Origin: an uncultured Candidatus Poseidoniales archaeon
GTDB lineage: Archaea; Thermoplasmatota; Poseidoniia; Poseidoniales; CAYMED01
DNA: 64,000 nt
NCBI GenBank assembly: GCA_964389655.1
Contig: CAYMED010000006.1
Span: forward strand, 29,896-93,895
Direction: 5' to 3'
The notes beneath the pieces were generated by a model. The model was not told the origin of the DNA. It was given only the letters and a program-made list of their open reading frames with translations, and did not search any database. This document shows positions 56,873 through 64,000 of this stretch, piece by piece (position 1 is the stretch's first letter; each line of letters begins with the position of its first letter). Both the position numbers and the translations under genes were made by a program.

Positions 56873-57844
56873 TTGTTCCGAGATGGTCATCAACTTCCAC
56901 CTCATCGGCGCGATGTGGCTATCGAACGTGACTTGCAGGCGCCACCTCATGCTGATGTTGATGGTTCTACAATATTATGGGCACAAATTCGAAAGGCAAA
57001 TCCACATATGGGTATTGATGGTGAAGGCCTTCTTCGCCCAAAAATACATCCAAATGCCAAGGGAAAATTGTATCTTGGGGATGTCGGAGATGCTGTAATC
57101 CGAAGTTTGGGCGCAGTTGACCCACCTGAAGTCACTGAAGCTCCTTCATATGATGAACAAAAGTGGCGAATAGATGCAAAAAAGGGGGACCTTTTGCTGT
57201 CGATTATTTCACGCTCGTACTGGGGATTTGGAATGTTCTCATCCTGCTTTTTATTGCGTATCGAGTTAAAAGGGCCAAGGAGTGAACGGTTTCGCCTTGT
57301 GTATGATGTTTGGACTGCGTTGAAACGAAATCCGTGGGAACCTGTCTTCAGGTTTATGTGGGTTCGCGCTACAGGAGCAAGTCTTGCAGCGCACCAAGAT
57401 GCTTGGATGAAAACAATAGATTTAGCAAAAGAAGACATGAAAGAAGACATCGCAATTGCTGCAGAAGCTGTAGGAACCGCGCAGGACAAATTTGACAAAA
57501 ATGATGATGATATTGAAGGATATAATCGAGAAGAAGCTGAGCTGGCACTCAAGAATTCATCACGAGAAATAGAAATTGCACATGCTGCATTATTAGACCG
57601 GAATGCCCCTGCAGTTGAGCGGGCACTTGGAAGAGTAGAGGGATTACTCCATTTTGTTGACCCAGTAAAACAAGTCGCACTGCACGCATTTGATGAAGAA
57701 GAAGGAGAGTCATATCCCTTAGATGGGTTATTAGATCAGATGGACGTAAATTCAATGCCATTATTTTTGCATCAACCATTGGATTTTGAATCACATGCTC
57801 ATAATGATGACCTTGTCGTGATCGATCTAACGCAACAAGAATGA
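56873..57844 (+). CDS. Hypothetical protein with helical C-terminus and acidic tail
   Basis: 323-aa ORF, TTG start, natural amino-acid composition. Confidence 0.75.
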   Translation: MFRDGHQLPPHRRDVAIERDLQAPPHADVDGSTILWAQIRKANPHMGIDGEGLLRPKIHPNAKGKLYLGDVGDAVIRSLGAVDPPEVTEAPSYDEQKWRIDAKKGDLLLSIISRSYWGFGMFSSCFLLRIELKGPRSERFRLVYDVWTALKRNPWEPVFRFMWVRATGASLAAHQDAWMKTIDLAKEDMKEDIAIAAEAVGTAQDKFDKNDDDIEGYNREEAELALKNSSREIEIAHAALLDRNAPAVERALGRVEGLLHFVDPVKQVALHAFDEEEGESYPLDGLLDQMDVNSMPLFLHQPLDFESHAHNDDLVVIDLTQQE

Positions 57845-57886
57845 TTAGGGTGTTGTTGAAATACGCGAGACGAGCCGCAGTGCTGA

Positions 57887-58111
57887 ATGGCTCAGAAGAA
57901 GAAGGAAAAGGGATCGGGCATTCAGCAAGCTGCTGGCTTAATTCGCTACTTTGATGAAGAGTCTGATGACGCTTGGAAAATTTCCAAAGGACAAGTCTAT
58001 TTTGCCTGCATCGCTCTATCGGGGGTTATATACCTTTTAGCACCAATTGGGGGAAATGAATACGGGGTTTTGGGGTGGATGTGGGATAAAGTCATGCAAT
58101 TATTCCGCTAG
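57887..58111 (+). CDS. secG: Preprotein translocase subunit Sec61-beta (archaeal SecG)
   Basis: SGIQQAAGLIRYFDEE...KI...V signature followed by a TM helix. Confidence 0.9.
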   Translation: MAQKKKEKGSGIQQAAGLIRYFDEESDDAWKISKGQVYFACIALSGVIYLLAPIGGNEYGVLGWMWDKVMQLFR

Positions 58112-58112
58112 A

Positions 58113-59804
58113 TTATTCCTCTGAATCAGTTAACACACCACCTAATGTCCGTGTTGGCCTCCATGGTAATAATGGGGCAAGGAAGAAAGCAAATAGTATC
58201 GATGATGAAAGAAAGGCAAGAGAAAGTAAGAACATCGCTAGTCGCTCAAACCAATTAGGAGCGCGGCGTAGCCAACTCATCTCTAACCTTGGCCACAGAA
58301 GCCAAAGTAAAGGGGGGAAAAAGAAAAATGATGGGGGGAATACAGACGGGAGACCCATTAGGGCAATACCCATTACACCGGATATGCTAATGAAAATCAG
58401 AAATTGTAACAACCGGCGGCGCTCTGTAGAAATCGTATCAATTCGTTCAATCATGAGAGGAAACATCATCGAAGAGATTAGACAAATTGCTATTCCTGGA
58501 AAGAGAAGTAAGCCAATGGGGTGCCAGACGAGACTAACACCCCATGCAAACCACAGACCTAAACGCCAGCCCCATGCTTCGGGGCGACCTCGTTGATCAA
58601 AACCAAGAAGTGGGATTAAGGCACCAATGAAAGATCCTGCAAATATAATTGTGAAACGCCGAGAAGTAAAATCCCAAGCGGCATTTCCGCTGGCAATTCC
58701 CGGCATACTATGGATAAATTGCGCACTCACACAAACCGCCAATATCCCCGCCAATGTCGAACCAAGTCCAAACCCGAGCCATCTTGGTTTACCTAAGCCA
58801 ATCCTCTTCTCCAACTGATCTCCTTCAGAGGACACAAAGGGAGATAGGAGGATCAAACTAAGAAAGCCACATGATCCTGCAATCCGGCTGGCCAACAATG
58901 GGTCACTCAATGTTATTACAAAACGCTCTCCAAACTGCCCAATAGGAGGAATCCCTAAACTCGCAACAGGCCATAATGGTGCCAAGGAACGGGTGGATAG
59001 AGAAAAAGCGCCTGCTAAAGCCGTAAACCAAAGAAGAGAATTAGTCTTCAATTTGTGGAGGTAGAAAAGAACTAATGAAGTGCTGATAATGATGCACGAG
59101 ATAATGCCCCCAAGAAGAATTGCTGCATCACCTGTTGAACCTGAAGTGAGAAACAATACCAAACTACCGGATGACAAGAAAATCATGCCAAGAATATTTC
59201 TGCCGAATGGGGGCTTTTCTTGGGGGCGTGCTTCTTCAAACCCTGCTGTAAGTAAAAGCACCTCATGAAAGAAAGAAAGACACCAGCCACTTCCAAATGC
59301 AATTAGCAAATGGGAAATACTGTGAAATAATTTAGGGGGGGATTGAATAAGGCCGGATGGTAGTGATTCTTTACCTAATTCAAAAGAATTTTGGGGGGCT
59401 AGGAAAAGAAGAGAAATCGCCCACGTTATGGACAAAAGCCACTGGTTGATCAAACGTTGATCTCTATGAGATATGTAAGACCATGATAATGAAAGTGCCA
59501 GCCCATTTAGTGCTAAAAGAGCGGCCATATCTGGTCGCGAGAATGCCCACAAAAGACGCTGAAATCCCCCATCAAAATTTAGCATCGTAGAAGTTACTAT
59601 GCCAAGTCTTCCATCTCCCCCAACAATTGCATTAGATGCAACAGAAAATGCCATCAAAAGAAAGCAAAAGGGTAGTAACCCTAGATAATGAAACCAGTAC
59701 GAAAAGCGCTCTGATTCAATTTTTTTTGAAAATAAATGGACTAATGCTGGCATAGGGGATGCGATGAATGAGAGAGACAACCATACCCCTGGGTCGAACG
59801 CCAT
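58113..59804 (-). CDS. Polytopic membrane protein (about 15 TM)
   Basis: Long, very hydrophobic ORF; probable ATG start at 59804. Confidence 0.75.
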   Translation of the reverse strand: MAFDPGVWLSLSFIASPMPALVHLFSKKIESERFSYWFHYLGLLPFCFLLMAFSVASNAIVGGDGRLGIVTSTMLNFDGGFQRLLWAFSRPDMAALLALNGLALSLSWSYISHRDQRLINQWLLSITWAISLLFLAPQNSFELGKESLPSGLIQSPPKLFHSISHLLIAFGSGWCLSFFHEVLLLTAGFEEARPQEKPPFGRNILGMIFLSSGSLVLFLTSGSTGDAAILLGGIISCIIISTSLVLFYLHKLKTNSLLWFTALAGAFSLSTRSLAPLWPVASLGIPPIGQFGERFVITLSDPLLASRIAGSCGFLSLILLSPFVSSEGDQLEKRIGLGKPRWLGFGLGSTLAGILAVCVSAQFIHSMPGIASGNAAWDFTSRRFTIIFAGSFIGALIPLLGFDQRGRPEAWGWRLGLWFAWGVSLVWHPIGLLLFPGIAICLISSMMFPLMIERIDTISTERRRLLQFLIFISISGVMGIALMGLPSVFPPSFFFFPPLLWLLWPRLEMSWLRRAPNWFERLAMFLLSLAFLSSSILFAFFLAPLLPWRPTRTLGGVLTDSEE

Positions 59805-59878
59805 CTCTGATCGCGAGAAGGAGGGGGCCCATGACGGCTGCGGAAGAGGCAAACTCATTCATGATGAACAATTCGAAG

Positions 59879-61681
59879 ATGAATGTGGATGGACGTGAAC
59901 CCCTCGCTGAGCGCATACGTTCAGACCCAAAGGTGGTCCTGAAAAAATATATTCAGGAGATCTTTCCAAAAGAGTTTGAGGCGTGGTTTGATGTGGCCAC
60001 CATTCCACTTAATGAATCAATACGTGTTAATGCATGCCATCCCGATGCAGAATGGGTTCGAATTGTTCTCAAACATCTCGGAGGCACAGAACTTGATTGG
60101 TTTACAGATGGTTGGATGTTTTCATGTCAAAAGCGAGAAATGCCCCCTTACATCTCAAAATGGCTCAAAATACTGCACACAACTGGCAGGATAACCAGCC
60201 AAGAAATTGTATCAATGATGCCCGTATTAATTCTCAACCCACAACCTGATGAATTAGTCCTTGATTTGTGTGCTGCACCAGGATCCAAAGCCACTCAAAT
60301 CGCCGAACACACTCAAAATAGAGCGGCGATTATTGCAAATGATCCTATAAAAAAAAGATTAAACACGTTGGCTACAAATCGTGCCCGCCTAGCTCATTCA
60401 AGCCTCGTACTCACTTCTTCAGATGGGCGGTATTTTCCTAGGGTACCTCAGCCAGGATTTAACAAAATCTTGGTAGATGTACCATGCTCTGGAACCGGGA
60501 CTGTACGAAAAAACCCCGATATATGGTGGAATTGGTCGCCAGATGTCTCCAAAAAAATGCACATGCTACAGATTCGTTTGGCACAAAGATCCGCGAAGTT
60601 ATTGTCTGGGGGAGGACGGATGGTTTACAGCACATGCTCGCTTGATCCACTTGAAAATGAGGCGGTGGTTGCTGATCTACTTCGGACGTGTCCATGGTTG
60701 GAGGTAGAAGAGATTCCGAAACAGTATTGGGATGCGGGAATGAAAAATGGAATGCAAAATTGGGATCTATATTCAGCAGACATTTGTGCACTGAAAGAAC
60801 AAGAGGTCATTAGCAGGTTTCCCCCATCAATGTGGCCACCAACCATTGGAACATCTCAGAGTGAATTACGCACTAATGAAAAAGAGGAATGGATTCAAGA
60901 ACAATTAAAAAAATGTGGACGTATTTGGAATCAGGATATAGAAGGAGGGGGATTTTTTATTGCTTCACTTCGTTCAACTGAACCACTTGACAACATTGCA
61001 GTCGGACTTGGTCATGAGGTCGGTCAAGATTCAGAAATCATAGCAAAAAAAGAGTTACAGGACCATCACATCTCTAAAATGGGTTCAAATCATGGAAAGG
61101 AAGTCCTAGATGCATGGGGTTTTGATCCATTCAGTGACCAAGAGCATGATTGGTGGATACGAGGGAGACGCATGCATAGTACGCCATCCATTATATCTGA
61201 GCGATTATGGGAACCTGAAGTTGTCAATGCCGAGGGAAAAGTGCATGCGGGAAAGCAATGGCATCCATTACGAATAGAACATGTTGGTTCACTTGGGTTT
61301 TATCGTGAAAAAAATGGATGCCCGCGGCCTGCACGCCAGTTTTTGGACAAAATAAGGGAAAAATTGTTACTGCGGCACTTCACCTTAGGAAGAGAAGCAC
61401 TAGAACTCCTATTGAAAAATGGATCCATTCTTGTTGAGAAGATTGAAGAAAATGTAGACAAAATAACAAGCATTGAGCGAGGTTCGATTTTACTTTCTTT
61501 CAGCATACGAGGAAATGAGAGATCAATTCCGGGATTTCTTGGGGAAAGAATTACTCCCTTAATTAATTCTGACGAGAGAATGATGCTTCTTGCTTTATTG
61601 GAAGAGGAGTGTAATATTGATCGGGATTATCTGGAATCTGTTGTGAACGATCATAAATCTCCCGGAGAGCTGTATCTGTGA
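59879..61681 (+). CDS. RsmB/NOL1/NSUN family RNA m5C methyltransferase
   Basis: QE.VSM.P, LDLCAAPGSK, DVPCSGTG (motif IV Cys), YSTCS (motif VI Cys), GGGFFIA. Confidence 0.93.
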   Translation: MNVDGREPLAERIRSDPKVVLKKYIQEIFPKEFEAWFDVATIPLNESIRVNACHPDAEWVRIVLKHLGGTELDWFTDGWMFSCQKREMPPYISKWLKILHTTGRITSQEIVSMMPVLILNPQPDELVLDLCAAPGSKATQIAEHTQNRAAIIANDPIKKRLNTLATNRARLAHSSLVLTSSDGRYFPRVPQPGFNKILVDVPCSGTGTVRKNPDIWWNWSPDVSKKMHMLQIRLAQRSAKLLSGGGRMVYSTCSLDPLENEAVVADLLRTCPWLEVEEIPKQYWDAGMKNGMQNWDLYSADICALKEQEVISRFPPSMWPPTIGTSQSELRTNEKEEWIQEQLKKCGRIWNQDIEGGGFFIASLRSTEPLDNIAVGLGHEVGQDSEIIAKKELQDHHISKMGSNHGKEVLDAWGFDPFSDQEHDWWIRGRRMHSTPSIISERLWEPEVVNAEGKVHAGKQWHPLRIEHVGSLGFYREKNGCPRPARQFLDKIREKLLLRHFTLGREALELLLKNGSILVEKIEENVDKITSIERGSILLSFSIRGNERSIPGFLGERITPLINSDERMMLLALLEEECNIDRDYLESVVNDHKSPGELYL

Positions 61682-62573
61682 TGTCAAGATAAACCCTCGT
61701 GGTGGTTAAATCCGCATGGCCGAGTAAACGTTGGATGGAGACAATATCAGCGCCCCTACGTAAAAGGCCAGTTGCAAAAGTATGGCGTAGCACATGAGGT
61801 GTAAGGCGGCGTGTGTCAATAGAGGCTCGACGTGCCAAACGGTCCATTGTTCGTTGAACTCCGCGAGGATGGATTCTTGCCCCCCGTGAATTTAGCAAGA
61901 GCGCGGCCGGATCAGATGGATTTGTCGGTTTTGGCCGGTGTTGGTTAATCCATTCAACGATTTCTTGTGCACACTTAACTGTGAAGAGAACCGTTCTGTC
62001 CTTGTCTCCTTTACCCCCTCGCACGCGTAAGTTCCTCGCTGAGATATCAACATCATATATGTCTAAATCACATACTTCAGATACACGTAATCCCGTATCT
62101 AACAATAAGCGGATGAGTATTTTATCGAGCCGGTTTGAAGAACCATCACTGGCCAAAACAAGTGCTGCTACTTCGCCATCAGATAGGGTTTTGGGCAACC
62201 GACGTTCTGCTTTGGGGCGGCGTATATGACCGGGAAGATCAAGGCCAATCCAGCGAAGAAAAGCACTTATCGCTGCTAAATGTGCACGAATCGTGGATGG
62301 GGCACACATATTCATTCCATTCATCCAATCATCGAAGTTCTCCAATATTGCACCCGCATAATGGTGTATTTGCTTTAGTGTCACAGAATCGATGTCCTGC
62401 TCAGAAAAGGAATTCAGATTTCCAAGTCCGCTCATGACCCATCTTCGGACAGCTCTTTGATAGAGGGATATGGTGTTTGAACTACGTGTGCGGTTTTTCA
62501 GATGCCGACTCCATGCTTCAAACCAAGGAATATTTGAGGATGAAGAGAGGTGTGTTGGAAATTCAGATGACAT
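61563..62573 (-). CDS. xerA: Tyrosine recombinase XerA-like
   Basis: RLPKTL, TGLRVSE (R), GKGDKDR (K), PHVLRH (HxxR), LGH, TTRVY (Y); no mobile-element context. Confidence 0.88.
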   Translation of the reverse strand: MSSEFPTHLSSSSNIPWFEAWSRHLKNRTRSSNTISLYQRAVRRWVMSGLGNLNSFSEQDIDSVTLKQIHHYAGAILENFDDWMNGMNMCAPSTIRAHLAAISAFLRWIGLDLPGHIRRPKAERRLPKTLSDGEVAALVLASDGSSNRLDKILIRLLLDTGLRVSEVCDLDIYDVDISARNLRVRGGKGDKDRTVLFTVKCAQEIVEWINQHRPKPTNPSDPAALLLNSRGARIHPRGVQRTMDRLARRASIDTRRLTPHVLRHTFATGLLRRGADIVSIQRLLGHADLTTTRVYLDITDTALREIYDRSQQIPDNPDQYYTPLPIKQEASFSRQN

Positions 62574-62681
62574 TGTTAGAACACATCGCCGCTGCATCGT
62601 CTGCCGTGGTCCCATCCCCGGCAACACTAGCGAATAATGTTCTTGGCTATGAATTCTTGGATTTTTATTCGAGTGAGGTAA

Positions 62682-63869
62682 TCATTGACGCCATTCTTGG
62701 CCTATGTCAAGCGATGATTCAACACTATTCTCTATGAGGAAGGAAAGGCGCTCTCGTAAACTTCGAAGTGGGCCGAAGCAGAGTATTTCATCGCCGGGCC
62801 CTATGATGGTTTCATTCGAAGGTAACCACAACAGTTCCCCTGCTCGGACAAGTGCAAATACAGGGTTTTGTTCCATTGATTCGAAAATTAATTCGAGAGA
62901 TTTACCTATCAAATTTGATGTGGACCGTATAGGCAATCGAAGCACACCATGGCCTTTCCGAGTACGCATTAGAGGATCTAGATTTACATTTGCAAAAAGA
63001 GCATTGTCGGAAATTTGTTTAACAATGTGTGAGGCAACATTCACCCCAGTTGCTTTTTCAATCCCCTGTAAGCCAGGGGAAGAATTCACTTCAAGTAACA
63101 TTGGACCATCCCTGCCCTCCAACAGATCAACACCTGCAATATTGAGGCCAAGGATTCGGCATGATTCAAGAGCTACTCTAGCATATTCAGCAGGTAAATC
63201 AATGGGTTCAATCATCCCATTTAGATGATAATTTGAGCGAAACTCATCGCCTCTGGCTCTTCTCCGCATTGATGCAACAACAGATTCACCAACTACCAAG
63301 ACACGCACGTCAACACCATGGCTCTCACGCACATACTGTTGCAAAATCACATTCACTCCTGCTCGGAGCATCGCCTCAACTATTCTTCGAGCCTCATCAC
63401 GGTTATGACAAAGAAGCACTCCATTTCCTTGCGTTCCTTCTGTCACTTTGACAACAACAGCCCCACTTCCGATATGATCTATTGCTGAATCGATATCGCG
63501 TGGATCCCTAACATATACCGTTCGTGGCATTGGAATTCCGTGTCTTGACAATGCTTGAGTTGCATGCAATTTATCGCGACTACGAATAACGGATCTGCTG
63601 GAATTCGCACAATATGTACCCCGCCGCTCAAAATGCCGGAGAACCGCAACGCCATGCTGAGTTATGGAATATCCAATGCGGGGCAATACTGCATCAAATT
63701 CTAAAGGACGGCCCCGCATCATAACTTGAACTTCATCATCGGCAACTGAAAGACTGACCAATAACGGATCAAGAACTGTTGGCTCATGTCCTGCTAAACG
63801 AGCTTCTTCAGCAATCCGTTTTGTACTGTATAATCGAGGCCCTCGACTGAGAATGGCTAATCTCATCAT
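62682..63869 (-). CDS. rimK: RimK-family alpha-L-glutamate ligase fused to a C-terminal RCK_C/TrkA-C domain
   Basis: AILSR...YSTKR, DAVLPRIG, RDKL, EGTQGNGV, DVRVLVVG, FRSNYH, GVDLL, EVNSSPGL; C-terminal LIGKSL..VFALVRAG....P...I.PGDEILCFG. Confidence 0.88.
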   Translation of the reverse strand: MMRLAILSRGPRLYSTKRIAEEARLAGHEPTVLDPLLVSLSVADDEVQVMMRGRPLEFDAVLPRIGYSITQHGVAVLRHFERRGTYCANSSRSVIRSRDKLHATQALSRHGIPMPRTVYVRDPRDIDSAIDHIGSGAVVVKVTEGTQGNGVLLCHNRDEARRIVEAMLRAGVNVILQQYVRESHGVDVRVLVVGESVVASMRRRARGDEFRSNYHLNGMIEPIDLPAEYARVALESCRILGLNIAGVDLLEGRDGPMLLEVNSSPGLQGIEKATGVNVASHIVKQISDNALFANVNLDPLMRTRKGHGVLRLPIRSTSNLIGKSLELIFESMEQNPVFALVRAGELLWLPSNETIIGPGDEILCFGPLRSLRERLSFLIENSVESSLDIGQEWRQ

Positions 63870-64000
63870 TCTGCGACAAGAGCAGTATCATTTGGAAACT
63901 TCGACGCTGTATTTACAAAAAAAAGAAGATTAAGAAACAATTTATCACTTAAATGACAATGAGTTCTTTGTAGGGTGTGCTAGTGGGCGTCTTGTGAAAG

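Noticed and set aside
44692-62573. Integrated element bounded by tRNA-Gly and the tyrosine recombinase
   Set aside because: The intervening genes are housekeeping (sdh, MC1, Sec61-beta), no duplicated tRNA 3' end was noticed, and the recombinase looks like chromosomal XerA
1-64000. CRISPR arrays, rRNA, IS elements, inteins, tRNA introns
   Set aside because: No regularly spaced repeats, long non-coding stretches, transposase motifs or intein-sized insertions in CDC48/Lhr were seen; intergenic gaps are all under ~170 nt

Overview
Core chromosomal segment (moderately AT-rich, very gene-dense) from an archaeon of the Thermoplasmatota, most likely a Marine Group II/III (Poseidoniia-like) lineage. 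Archaeal markers: CDC48/VAT, Hjc, MC1 chromatin protein, Sec61-beta, Sec11-type signal peptidase, presenilin homologue, Ncs6/TtuA, Lhr helicase, XerA and a CCA-less tRNA-Gly(CCC). About 45 CDS were called. They cover housekeeping genes (thrS 3' end, pyrB-pyrI, folC, dcd, RNA-modification enzymes, sdh operon) and five large, type-I membrane-anchored surface proteins. No CRISPR array, prophage, IS element or rRNA was seen. The most interesting observations are: (1) an apparent operon made of a stand-alone Roadblock/LC7 protein, a DUF2226-Roadblock-DUF2226-coiled-coil scaffold with no ATPase, and an FG-GAP membrane protein, which is a candidate polarity/cytoskeletal system; (2) a mycobacterial Sdh1-type succinate dehydrogenase with the heme-free, Rieske-cluster membrane anchor; (3) an agmatinase plus bacterial SpeY-like deoxyhypusine-synthase paralog, a probable homospermidine route; (4) a TIGR03790 protein with nested CBM/PA14/LamG insertions; (5) a presenilin with a ~370-aa extracellular insertion; (6) a DUF4350-DUF58 module lacking MoxR but lying downstream of CDC48 and a PRC-barrel gene; (7) a membrane-anchored rod with 62-aa helical repeats; (8) a small basic CCCH protein that looks like an unannotated ribosomal protein. 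All family assignments come from motif recognition by eye, not from database searches.
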